A stretch of 64,000 nucleotides of DNA. It comes from Diplonema papillatum. Taxonomy: Eukaryota. Positions 10,998 to 21,594 of this stretch are shown one piece after another. The stretch lies in the NCBI GenBank assembly GCA_030068145.1, contig JAPJBO010001038.1, positions 1-64,000 on the forward strand. The letters run 5' to 3'. Positions within the stretch are counted from its first letter, which is position 1, and every line of letters starts with the position of its first letter. The notes beneath the pieces were generated by a model. It worked only from the letters and a program-made list of their open reading frames with translations. It made no database searches and was not told the DNA's origin. A program made the translations under genes and the position numbers.

Positions 10998-13545
10998 GGA
11001 TTGGGGGGGAAAATGTTTCTTGGGTTTGAAGAGCGCGTGGTGCTTGCACCACTGAGGCCAGGTTATTTAACCGCGGATTTAGTGAAGGATTGTTCAGGAA
11101 ACGGTCGCGAGCGAAACCCGACCAGGTAACGACCATTTCACTGTCTTCTTTGTTTTGTGATGCGAACATCACGAGGTGCTGTCCGAAGACACCGCCCACG
11201 TGAGCACTGTTAAGCAGCGGTTGCCAGATACTCCCGTAGCACCTATTCACGGGTTTGCAGGGGTAAAAAGGAAGCCCGGGTTGGGGAGGGTGGTGGGTTT
11301 GGTGCGTAGTATTCTTCTTTTTTTGTTCTTTCTCGGTTCTGGTGGTGCTGCTCCTTCCTTCTCGTCCTGTGTTGGGTTACGACTTTTTTTGTTCTTTATC
11401 GGTTCTGAGCGTTTCCATATGCCTTTTCCTGCTTTGACATGCAGTCCCTTCCAAACTGTACCTCTCTTGGTGTTCGGGGGTTGGGCCGTATGGTAACGTC
11501 TCGGGAAACGAAGTGTTGTTGTTTGTGGCGTCACAAAAGCGACAAATTGCCAAAGCAACCGGGTGCCGAGCTTAAGCAAGGCGTTTGTCAATGGAGAACC
11601 AGTCCTGTGCCGTTTTAGGGCCGGCAGGTCTCAACGGGGGGAAAATGTTTCTTGGGTTTGAAGAGCGCGTGGTGCTTGCACCACTGAGGCCAGGTTATTT
11701 AACCGCGGATTTAGTGAAGGATTGTTCAGGAAACGGTCGCGAGCGAAACCCGACCAGGTAACGACCATTTCACTGTCTTCTTTGTTTTGTGATGCGAACA
11801 TCACGAGGTGCTGTCCGAAGACACCGCCCACGTGAGCACTGTTAAGCAGCGGTTGCCAGATACTCCCGTAGCACCTATTCACGGGTTTGCAGGGGTAAAA
11901 AGGAAGCCCGGGTTGGGGAGGGTGGTGGGTTTGGTGCGTAGTATTCTTCTTTTTTTGTTCTTTCTCGGTTCTGGTGGTGCTGCTCCTTCCTTCTCGTCCT
12001 GTGTTGGGTTACGACTTTTTTTGTTCTTTATCGGTTCTGAGCGTTTCCATATGCCTTTTCCTGCTTTGACATGCAGTCCCTTCCAAACTGTACCTCTCTT
12101 GGTGTTCGGGGGTTGGGCCGTATGGTAACGTCTCGGGAAACGAAGTGTTGTTGTTTGTGGCGTCACAAAAGCGACAAATTGCCAAAGCAACCGGGTGCCG
12201 AGCTTAAGCAAGGCGTTTGTCAATGGAGAACCAGTCCTGTGCCGTTTTAGGGCCGGCAGGTCTCAACGGGGGGAAAATGTTTCTTGGGTTTGAAGAGCGC
12301 GTGGTGCTTGCACCACTGAGGCCAGGTTATTTAACCGCGGATTTAGTGAAGGATTGTTCAGGAAACGGTCGCGAGCGAAACCCGACCAGGTAACGACCAT
12401 TTCACTGTCTTCTTTGTTTTGTGATGCGAACATCACGAGGTGCTGTCCGAAGACACCGCCCACGTGAGCACTGTTAAGCAGCGGTTGCCAGATACTCCCG
12501 TAGCACCTATTCACGGGTTTGCAGGGGTAAAAAGGAAGCCCGGGTTGGGGAGGGTGGTGGGTTTGGTGCGTAGTATTCTTCTTTTTTTGTTCTTTCTCGG
12601 TTCTGGTGGTGCTGCTCCTTCCTTCTCGTCCTGTGTTGGGTTACGACTTTTTTTGTTCTTTATCGGTTCTGAGCGTTTCCATATGCCTTTTCCTGCTTTG
12701 ACATGCAGTCCCTTCCAAACTGTACCTCTCTTGGTGTTCGGGGGTTGGGCCGTATGGTAACGTCTCGGGAAACGAAGTGTTGTTGTTTGTGGCGTCACAA
12801 AAGCGACAAATTGCCAAAGCAACCGGGTGCCGAGCTTAAGCAAGGCGTTTGTCAATGGAGAACCAGTCCTGTGCCGTTTTAGGGCCGGCAGGTCTCAACG
12901 GGGGGAAAATGTTTCTTGGGTTTGAAGAGCGCGTGGTGCTTGCACCACTGAGGCCAGGTTATTTAACCGCGGATTTAGTGAAGGATTGTTCAGGAAACGG
13001 TCGCGAGCGAAACCCGACCAGGTAACGACCATTTCACTGTCTTCTTTGTTTTGTGATGCGAACATCACGAGGTGCTGTCCGAAGACACCGCCCACGTGAG
13101 CACTGTTAAGCAGCGGTTGCCAGATACTCCCGTAGCACCTATTCACGGGTTTGCAGGGGTAAAAAGGAAGCCCGGGTTGGGGAGGGTGGTGGGTTTGGTG
13201 CGTAGTATTCTTCTTTTTTTGTTCTTTCTCGGTTCTGGTGGTGCTGCTCCTTCCTTCTCGTCCTGTGTTGGGTTACGACTTTTTTTGTTCTTTATCGGTT
13301 CTGAGCGTTTCCATATGCCTTTTCCTGCTTTGACATGCAGTCCCTTCCAAACTGTACCTCTCTTGGTGTTCGGGGGTTGGGCCGTATGGTAACGTCTCGG
13401 GAAACGAAGTGTTGTTGTTTGTGGCGTCACAAAAGCGACAAATTGCCAAAGCAACCGGGTGCCGAGCTTAAGCAAGGCGTTTGTCAATGGAGAACCAGTC
13501 CTGTGCCGTTTTAGGGCCGGCAGGTCTCAACGGGGGGGGGGGAGC
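10998..13545. repeat. 632-bp tandem repeat, 4 copies, ending in a poly-G tract.
   Basis: Identical ORF triplets recur every 632 bp (11631/12263/12895 and 11176/11808/12440/13072). The unit starts with gggggaaaatgtttcttgggtttgaag. Confidence 0.9.
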
Positions 13546-13699
13546 TTTACTGTATCGGGCTTGACTTTAACTCATGCTTCAGCCAGGTTGCCCACTCTGC
13601 CTTATCGCTAGGCTCCTGAAAGCGTACCCTTTCGCATACACACTGCATAACTGAAGAACCAGGAGTCGTCCAGGATTTGCCAATACGTCGCATCACGGC

Positions 13700-14580
13700 G
13701 CCCGTAGATTTGCGCCAGGTCTCCGGTTGACCATTGAAGAGGTGTATGGTGCAAGAGTTTCATGGACTCCTACGCTTGGAAAGGTCCCGTTACACATCTA
13801 TTCACAGCAGCAAAAACTGATCCTTTCTGCCGTACACGCGGGGGACCTCGTTGCCTCGGTTCCCGGTGCAGCTTCCGTTTCCGCGGTCGCGTGCCACTCT
13901 CTTTCTCTTTTCTAGAGTTATAGTTCGCTTGAGAATCCGGGATTTTAGAGTCTCCGGGTGACCTTGTCGAATGGGTTCTTTTAAAGCTAATACGTACTGG
14001 GTGGGTTTGGGGGGGCATGCATGACTTCTTTCGTGTACACTTTATTTGCTTGCTGACAAGTTAGGTTCGTATCAATTTGTGGTATAAGCTCCTGCCTTGT
14101 GACGTGTGCTGCGTAGTCCAGACGAAGCACACGTAAATCTGGGGTTGGCGGCGGGCGTAAGCGTTCGACTGAAAAGACTACATTCCTCGAAGGAATGCAC
14201 TTGGTTTTGGTCACGAACAGTCTCGGACATGGCTAGCCTTTACTCAAACTGAAGGTTTACACCTAAGAAACAACCCGCACCCACATAGCCCTTGCTTGCT
14301 CTACGAGAACCCATTTAACGAAGGCAAGTCATCCGGAGACCTAAAATCTCGGAATATCAAGCGAACTTAACTCTATGAAGGGAACAGTTTGCAGTGTTGT
14401 ATGCTCCCCCATGTAGCCTTCGTCGCAATAAGCACCGGGCGGCCCCTCCGAATGTTTCTTGTCGTATACGATCGAAGATAGATGGTTGATCCTCCACAAG
14501 GGACACATATTTAGAGTGCAAGTTCGCTTAGGGATCCGGGGTTTTGTAGTCTCCGGGTGAACATTGTCATAATAAGGTAT
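13700..14580. repeat. Cluster of short dispersed-repeat modules (...GAGTTAAAGTTCGCTTGA.ATTCCGGG.TTTTAG.GTCTCCGG.TGACC...) in both orientations.
   Basis: Related copies at 13915-13995 (+), 14215-14380 (-), 14505-14575 (+). Further copies at 19925-19990 (-) and 42960-43040 (+). Confidence 0.6.
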
Positions 14581-14924
14581 AGTATGTTAGTGTGCGTATC
14601 GGATCTGCTGTAGTGGCAGTACGTGTACTCGTGCGTGTATCTTTGTTGCGGAGAGAAGCCCTGGGACTGCTAAGGCAAGACGAACCACCTCACAGCTTTC
14701 AGGCCAAAGGAGGGGGGCGATGCCGACGACGTGGGCGCACGCAAGGCGCTCGCCACCATCGGGAAGGCGGGGCGGGGCCCACACTCTTTGGCTTGTATTG
14801 ATGCTCTCGGGAAAGGTCAGCGCGGTGCCGATGATCACGAGAACACGTAAGGTGGGTGGGAGAGGCACCTGTATGAACCACGTACTTGTCATGCGTATGA
14901 CACGTAAGAACGTGATACGAAAGG

Positions 14925-15200
14925 TGCTTGTAAAATACTCGAGGGACTGCCTTGTGCTCATTTCTACGGAGGCTAGTGGGGGAGAAAACAATACAACTAC
15001 TAGGTGGGCTCTTTTTAGAGTTAAAGTTTTTGTTGAACGCTTACGCCCGCCACTAAACCCAGATTTACCTGTGTTTCGTGTGGGCTACAGCACACTTACC
15101 TCCCAGATTTACCTGTGTTTTGTGTGGGCTACAGCATATTTACCTCCTTCGAGATTTTGCAACTGGCAGTCTCCTCAAGTATTTCCCTTAAGGAATTGCC
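14925..15200. repeat. Dispersed repeat family (~250 bp). Other copies at 26128-26340 and 59890-59970, with an inverted partial copy at 14125-14170.
   Basis: Long near-identical stretches (aatactcgagggactgccttgtgctcatttc...cgcttacgcccgccactaaacccagatttacctgtgtttcgtgtgggctacagcaca.ttacctcc...ctggcagtctcctcaagcatttcc). Confidence 0.7.
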
Positions 15201-15254
15201 TAGGAATTGGCTTGTGGAGGTGATTTTGCCTTGTTTTTTTGCATTCTGCAGCCA

Positions 15255-15773
15255 TTATTTCAGCCTAAACGAGCGTCCGACCACGTTTCCCGCCCTTTCG
15301 GAGCGTTTTATGGCACCTGAGTGGTAGGTTTCAAGTTTAGGGCTTCTGGCTTGCGTATACAAGAAAGGTAATACCTTGAGGATGTGCGCGCCCAGATCGA
15401 TGCGGATGGCTTCGTAGGCTGAGAAGAAGCGGTACGGGAAGAGCCGGCTTTTCGTGACCTGCTCCGGGTTGCGAAGGCGATCCTGCACCTTTTTGTGGTG
15501 CGCGGCGCTGATCCCGGACAGGATGAAGTTCCGGATGTTGCGGACCATCGCCATGAACGGCAGCGGCGGCGACATGTCGAGCAGCTTCTCCCACGTGTCG
15601 GCCGTATTGCCCTCCTTCGCCAGCATCACCTCCCACGTGTCCGGCACGTCCAACTTCATCCTCTTCCCCGCGCGTTCCCCGTCGAACTCATGCGTTGCAG
15701 CGAGTCCAGTCTTCTCAAACTCACCCTCGGTAGTCGGGTATCGCTGGCCTGTAATACACATGACGTGGTACAC
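15255..15773 (-). CDS. TROVE-domain middle block of the Ro60/TEP1-like gene.
   Basis: 'LLDMSPPLPFMAMVRNIRNFILSGI...RLFPYRFFSAYEAI' matches the conserved Ro60/TEP1 TROVE core (LLxxLPxxALLRNLGKM...HPFHILIALETY). The ORF track start is GTG. The flanks have acceptor-like TGTATTACAG|G and donor-like CTCAAG|GTATTA. Confidence 0.5.
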   Translation of the reverse strand: MYHVMCITGQRYPTTEGEFEKTGLAATHEFDGERAGKRMKLDVPDTWEVMLAKEGNTADTWEKLLDMSPPLPFMAMVRNIRNFILSGISAAHHKKVQDRLRNPEQVTKSRLFPYRFFSAYEAIRIDLGAHILKVLPFLYTQARSPKLETYHSGAIKRSERAGNVVGRSFRLK

Positions 15774-16213
15774 GGGCTTCTCTACGTGCAGAGATCGGAT
15801 CAGCCGCTTGATCGTGTAAACCCGGGCGGTCAGCGCGTCGTCTGAGTCGTCTCCACCTCGGAGCTGCCCTGTGTTGTCGGCAAGGGGTAAGGGAAGGTGT
15901 AAGCAGGCCTTACATTCAGCATGCTGAACGTACTGATTTCAGCACGTTAATTTTCTTAGTTTCTTTTTTGTACACATGCTGAATCAGTACGTGTACACGT
16001 GCTGGAATCAGTACGCTATCAGCACGTGCTATCTTTTCTGCAGATTCATCTGGGGAATCACAACCGCAGTAACGGCAGCTCCTGCTGTTGCTTACCACCG
16101 CGACACTGGAGGGTTGAGGCCGGAGAGGAGGCAGAGGCAAAGACATGCCACACTGGCAGGTGAGCTCCCTACGGCCACACTGGCAGGTGAGCTCGCTACG
16201 CGCGAGCTCCCTA

Positions 16214-16443
16214 CCATGCAGGGTCAAAACCTTGTGTCTTTTTGGAAATGGCCAAAAAAAAAAAATTCAGGAAAAAAATGGGTTTTTTGAATTTTAAAAG
16301 TTTGGAACAAACTCTGCAGTAATTTTTGAGGAAGTTGAGCAAAAAAAAAAATTTCCAAAAAAATTTTTAGGGCTCCATCGGCCCCGCGGGAGCGTTTTAA
16401 TAAGACACAAGGTTTTGACCCTGCATGCTACGTTCTATTTCTG
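16214..16443. mobile_element. MITE copy 1 (~225 bp): TIR CATGCAGGGTCAAAACCTTGTGTCTT, TA-flanked.
   Basis: Perfect ~26-bp terminal inverted repeats. AT-rich internal region with poly-A runs. Flanking TA on both sides. Confidence 0.8.
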
Positions 16444-17018
16444 TTTTTGCCTGACCCTACGTACTGATTATCAGTAGGTATTTAAAGAGCTGCGTAAGCC
16501 CTGGGTGTGAGGTGCAAGGGCGAAGCGTGGGTGCCGCGCGTTTTGGCTGCACGAGTGCAGAAAAAGTGGTCGAATGCTCGTTTAAGCTCGAAGAAAGGCC
16601 GCAGGATCCGAATTCAAGGAGAAATCACCCTCCGTAGTGTCATTCCCTAGAAACCCAAAAAAAAACAGCCACAAAACGAGCCCGACTAGCATCCAACCCT
16701 CCAGGGTACCCAAAAAACATCCGGGGAGTCCCCGAAAACTTGCTCTAGAACGGTGCGGGTTGAAGAAACGGCCAGAAAATGTCCCACCCCACGGGTAAGC
16801 TACGGCCGCAGCTTGCAACCCTGTCTCCTGTGCTGCCGCCGTCGCCAACGATCTAGCCGAATAAATGTACGTCAAAAATATTTTCGGAAAGAACTCCCAC
16901 ACGCCAAATTTTCTTCCGGTTTCCGCTTATTCTTCAAACACGGCAAGAATGAATGCTGGCGTTGGGGTAGAGTAGCCGCCGCTTTGTGCGGATGCTTCGT
17001 GAGTTCAGTGTTCAGTGT

Positions 17019-17435
17019 TCAGTGTTCAGGGTTCAGCTTTTCAAGTGTTGGGTGTTGTTGGTAGTCCGGACGCACGAAACGAGGCATACCACTGGCAGTA
17101 AAGTTTGGGTTGAACTGGTCGTCGAGCTCTTCGAGGGCGTCGGGGCTGCTGGCGACTTCCTGGCGCTTCCGCTTCTTGTCCTTCTGCTTCTTCCGCAGCA
17201 TTCCCTTTTCCTTGTCGTGCTTCGCGAGCTGGTACGCCGAGAAGTCAGGGAACTTGTCCACCAGCGCTTTCCGCAGTGAGGTCGGCAGCCCCTTCGTGGC
17301 AGCTTCCGCGTTTTTCCTGTGGGTGTTGGGATGGTGTCCAGAATCTACAGATCTCCACAACCGGATATCGACCCCGAGGATGGGCTCAGGAGGTGTGGGT
17401 ACCCGATATGGGGGTATGTGGGGCCGGTATACCAC
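17019..17435 (-). CDS. Hypothetical small basic protein (K/R-rich).
   Basis: 138-aa minus-strand ORF lying between MITE copies. No recognisable domain. Could be spurious. Confidence 0.2.
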   Translation of the reverse strand: MVYRPHIPPYRVPTPPEPILGVDIRLWRSVDSGHHPNTHRKNAEAATKGLPTSLRKALVDKFPDFSAYQLAKHDKEKGMLRKKQKDKKRKRQEVASSPDALEELDDQFNPNFTASGMPRFVRPDYQQHPTLEKLNPEH

Positions 17436-17445
17436 CAGTGTGTAT

Positions 17446-17580
17446 AATGCAGGGTCAAACCCTTGTGTCTTTTTGAAAATGGCAAAAAAAAAATTCCGGA
17501 AAAAAAATGGGTTTTTTGAATTTTAAAATTTTGGAACAAACTCTGCAGTATTTTTTGAGGAAGTTGAGCAAAAAATTTTA
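17446..17580. mobile_element. MITE copy 2 (left half only, 3'-truncated).
   Basis: Left TIR and internal sequence match copy 1. No right TIR. Confidence 0.6.
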
Positions 17581-17994
17581 TTTCCCTTCACTGTGTTTGC
17601 GACGCAGCGGTCGAAGCGTTCGAATGGTCAGAGAAAAAATAGCAAGAGGTAAGTTCTTGGGATTTTGTGTAGGGCGCAAGGCGAGCGCCGGGACCCGTGG
17701 ATTCACACAGGCCACCTTGCTCCAGGGAGGGGCACGGGCTGCCTAAATTTTCACGAACTGTCCAGTTCAGATCCGCTTTGGAGAGGACGCGCCATATAAC
17801 ACGCAGCGACGACGGGTACTCATTTTGCGTGGCGCCCTCTTCCGTGTGCAATCACGCGGAAGGAAACATCAGACTTCAAAAAATGCTTGTGACCTGCGGG
17901 TCAAGAAAAAAGACGTCGCAAACCACAGGAAAAGGGAAAAAGAGGTGTGTACGGGTGGTTACCCGTTTGTGGCAGGATAATAAAAACCTTCCGG

Positions 17995-18116
17995 AAAAAG
18001 TCTTCGTGTTTTTCCTCTCGAAAAAAAATTCCGAAAAAAAAAAATTGGGGTCCATCGGCCCCGCGGGAGCGTTTTAAAAAGACACAAGGTTCTGACCCTG
18101 CATGGTATAGCACACC
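17995..18116. mobile_element. MITE copy 3 (right half only).
   Basis: Internal sequence (...ggggtccatcggccccgcgggagcgttttaaaaagacacaaggttctgaccctgcatgg) with the right TIR. Confidence 0.6.
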
Positions 18117-18263
18117 CCGTATACACCACCACACCACGTAGGTATCCGATTCATCGAGGGAATCCTTGAGGCACCTAAACGTACAGGGTACTTGGGTTGG
18201 TTTCTTTGTGCCGAAGTAGAATTCCTGTACACACCCATCATACGGTACGGTGTAGTGTATATA

Positions 18264-18489
18264 CCATGCAGGGTCAAAACCTTGTGTCTTTTTGAAAATG
18301 GCAAAAAAAAAAAAAAAAAATCCGGAAAAAAAATTGGGTTTTTTGAATTTTAAAATTTTGGAACAAACTCTGAACCTAATTTTTGATGACGTTGAGCAAA
18401 TTTTTTTTTTTTCCAAAAAATTTTGGGGTCCATCGGCCCCGCGGGGGAGCGTTTTAAAAAGACACAAGGTTTTGACCCTGCATGATACG
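18264..18489. mobile_element. MITE copy 4 (full length).
   Basis: Both TIRs present, TA-flanked. Confidence 0.8.
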
Positions 18490-18705
18490 TACTGCACAGC
18501 GAGTGCATACTGTGTGTATAGGTGGTCCCATTATGGTCCTCAGGACCTCTGATGCCTGGAACCGCCTATGTGGCCGGTGCGGCCCATGAAACCAGTCAAT
18601 TGACGAAAGTAGAGCCAAGACATCCACTGATGAGTGCAATTGATGTCACCCTCGATCAGCCGCAGTTGAGTTGAGGGGAACAGCTGGTTTGCCTCACCTG
18701 CCCCT

Positions 18706-19533
18706 TCAATGCTCGTGATTCTCGCTTTCTTTCGCGAGTGTGTAGGGATCCTCGGTTTCCAATCTGTTTGAAAGTCGTTTCCTCCTTCCATTCGGAATCG
18801 AAATTCTCGGTGATACCCTGCTGCAACGTTGAGTACTGAAAAGAAATGCGCAGTCTTGTGAAGAAAACTGCCCCCCAGGTTCGAAAGATCGAGGACCCCG
18901 GGTGCTGATCGGGGTGCCGATCGATAGCAAGATGAGCGGCCTACGGGGGGGGCCAGCTGCACACCTTCTGACAGTCAGCCAGAGTTCCGCAAACTGAGCA
19001 ACCTGAACCCAGTCGGTCGGCAAGACGATGATGCGGGGGATGTAGGCGCGGAGGTATGGGGCGCACGCGGGGGTGACGGCAGCGAAGGCCGCGAGATAGT
19101 TGCTCGTGGCCCGGATGTTCAAATCGGCGCGGACGTAAAGCGCGAGCTTCAGCAGGAACTCCGGAGAAGTCTTCGCGACCTCGGCCGCCAACCGGTTGAT
19201 GCCGGCGATCTGGCCCGTCGTCACCGTCCCTTCGTCGTACCGGGACTCTCGGATCATCATCGCGCACACCGACGTCAGCAAGCGGTGCTTCGCCTCTCGG
19301 ATGCGCTGCCCTTCTGGCGCCATCGTTGAAAGGCTCCCGTTGGCTCTGCCTTTTTTTTTTTTTTTGGTTCGTTCTTTGCCTGTGGGGGTGTTTGAGATTT
19401 GCAAATTACAGTGATTCTGAGGATATTCGCGCGTTAGATTGATGATGTGCAGAGCGAGGCTTGGCAGGAATTCCGGCGACGGTTTTTCCTTCGTGGTTCC
19501 GGGACTCCCGTGACCAACATCGCACAACTGCAC
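18706..19533 (-). CDS. TROVE-domain N-terminal block of the Ro60/TEP1-like gene. The conserved part is ~18950-19320; the rest of the ORF looks non-coding.
   Basis: 'EFLLKLALYVRADLNIRATSNYLAAFAA...LPTDWVQVAQFAELW' matches the Ro60/TEP1 TROVE N-terminus (FLxRLAIYSRxELNIR...). A 230-bp shared upstream module and motif lie just 5' of it. The MITE cluster lies just 3'. Confidence 0.5.
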   Translation of the reverse strand: MQLCDVGHGSPGTTKEKPSPEFLPSLALHIINLTREYPQNHCNLQISNTPTGKERTKKKKKGRANGSLSTMAPEGQRIREAKHRLLTSVCAMMIRESRYDEGTVTTGQIAGINRLAAEVAKTSPEFLLKLALYVRADLNIRATSNYLAAFAAVTPACAPYLRAYIPRIIVLPTDWVQVAQFAELWLTVRRCAAGPPRRPLILLSIGTPISTRGPRSFEPGGQFSSQDCAFLFSTQRCSRVSPRISIPNGRRKRLSNRLETEDPYTLAKESENHEH

Positions 19534-19589
19534 CAGGGGGCAGCTTATGATGCGTCGTTCTCCGGTTTGAGTTCTCTTCGCGGCCTTTA

Positions 19590-19813
19590 TTTTCTAGCGT
19601 TATTTGTGGATTAGACGGTCGGTGGTTTAAAGCCTCCGGTTGACCGTAGAGGCTTGGGTATGGAGGGGGTTGAGAAAAGTGAGAGAGGGTGCCGCTCGTT
19701 TCGGGTGATGTGTCACTCCGTTGTGAAACCTTGTGAAGTCCCCTAACGCGTGTAGGGGGTGTTTGGGATTGGGTAGGGTGTGGTCGTTCTGCTACGGCGT
19801 GAAAGCCGTTTCG
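19590..19813. repeat. ~225-bp module, near-identical to 29600-29833. Both copies lie immediately 5' of minus-strand ORF starts.
   Basis: Near-identical over >200 bp (...gggtatggagggggttgagaaaagtgagagagggtgccgctcgtttcgggtgatgtg.cactccgttgtgaaaccttgtgaagtcccctaacgcgt.tagggggtgtttgggattgggtagggtgtggtcgttctgctacggcgtgaaa). Confidence 0.8.
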
Positions 19814-20164
19814 TTGTTTTTGTGTTAACAATGCATTGTTGGTACTAAAAATTAGTAGCTGGCAGCGTACGCTTGCCAAAGCAGGTGAGTTGCGCTAGTG
19901 CGCACAAACAAAAAGAGAACCCATTCATGAACGGTCACACGGAGACCCTAAAACCCCGGAATTTAAAGCGAACTTTAACTCAGAAAACTTCGTTTAAATA
20001 TTCCGGGGCTGAAAAATGACATCGTGATCCACTACCGATACCGTCGCAGTCCACTGCTGGAAACGATGCCGTCTCAGGATGGAGGGAAATCATTTTGGCT
20101 CCCACGGCTCCTCTCTCACGTATCATCAAAGATTATGGGTTCAGGGGGGAGTACATTCGCAAAG

Positions 20165-20245
20165 GCTGGAATTTAAAGGAATTGTCGGAATGACACCAAC
20201 ACCACCAGGCGCGGAGTATGCGGCTTAATTTGGCTCGACACGGGA
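20165..20245 (+). pseudogene. Degenerate SSU rRNA fragment (3'-domain '...AAAGGAATTGACGGAA.GGCACCAC...GCGGCTTAATTTGACTCAACACGGG' region).
   Basis: ggctggaatttaaaggaattgtcggaatgacaccaacaccaccaggcgcggagtatgcggcttaatttggctcgacacggg is a clear but mutated match to the universal SSU helix, including the kinetoplastid-like GGAATG variant. It is isolated and too short to be a gene. Confidence 0.5.
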
Positions 20246-20499
20246 TTTTTGTACTAGGTCAGGACGACGTCGCATTTGTGCAACCTCCTGCGAGCGTTTA
20301 ACCACGTCAGGCCAGCGGGAGCAAGGACGTTGTCCGAAGACGCCGACACTTACCTTTCGCTGACGATGCCGCGGGTCACCTCCTCAACTCATTCCTATCC
20401 TGGTCGATCCGAGCAAAACTGAGGCAGCCGGCATGCCGTCTCGCAACAGAAGCTTGGACGATCCGAATAGGTCCAGACGTCTCAACCATAAACCCCTGT

Positions 20500-20875
20500 G
20501 AAGGAGCAATGATTAAGATTTGAACGCATCTCCAACTCTTACCACTCATCGGTTTCAGGGACTTTTAACCCTCTTTTCAAAGTTATTTGCATCTTTCCAT
20601 CACTGTACTTGTTCGCTATCGGCCTCCGGGAGATATTTAGCCTTAGCAGAGGGATACCTGCCGATTAGCTCAGCATTCCCAAACTGAGCGACTACCAGTA
20701 GTGTAGTTAACCAACATGGCTCGTCGAGGAAATACGGGACTCTCACCCTCCCATTCCAGGAGACTTACCTCGACGCCAGTTGTGTTCCCAAGCAGCTTGC
20801 GCCACATTCCGGATATCCGTAGAACACCTGTTCAGGCTTGGGTTTTGCCCTGTTCACTCGCCGTTACTAGGAGCA
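20500..20875 (-). pseudogene. Degenerate LSU rRNA 5'-end fragment (first ~380 nt), in opposite orientation to the SSU fragment.
   Basis: Minus strand reads TAGTAACGGCGAGTGAACAGGG...GTTTGGGAATGC...GGCTAAATA...CCGATAGCGAACAAGTACAGTGATGGAAAGATGCAAATAACTTTGAAAAGAGGGTTAAAAGTCCCTGAAACCG. This matches the LSU 5' domain with many substitutions. Confidence 0.5.
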
Positions 20876-21594
20876 TGGGAGCTTGAGGCTGCATGTACAG
20901 CGACACTCTTGCGTGGAGGGAAATGTACCCGACCTATCATAGAAGCCGGTAAGAAGCCAGCGCAAACCCGGCAGGAGCCGCTGATCTTCGCCGTTTCTGC
21001 CGCCGCGACGTTTTTCCACGAGCCCGACAGGACGAGAAGAGTGAGGAGGAAGGGCAGAGCAATATGCAAGGCGCCGGCCACTTGTTGTTCTCGCGGTGCT
21101 TGTCTTCTTTTTTCTTTCTGCTTTCGTGCCTTTTTATTATGAAAAAAAAGGTTCCGGGGGTATCGACTGAGGAGGATGGCAAAACAAGGTTGGACGACGC
21201 GTCCGTGAATTTGCCGAGGGCAGGCGGTCAGTGTTGCACATGCTTGCACGACGTCCTTCGGTCCTCTTCGCTAATCGATCACTCTCGACACTGAGCTGCC
21301 AACATGAGCTCGGTAGAGGACACGGTACGAATAGAATCGGGATCGAGCGTTCGGGATCTGAACAGCGACGAGAGGATCACATACGCTTGGGGACAGATCT
21401 GCTGCGCTTGAAGTATCTGTGGGCTTGGCTTTGGCATGGCTGACGGTGACTTTGGCTTTGCTGGCTTGGGGCTTGACCTGCGTGTGGCGACTGAGCGTAC
21501 ACCAGCAGCATGTTTTTTGCAAGAACTCGTAGACACGGGATGCGATGAGCAGGAAGACAAAGCATTCCCGACAACGCCTGTCAGCATGTTTTCG

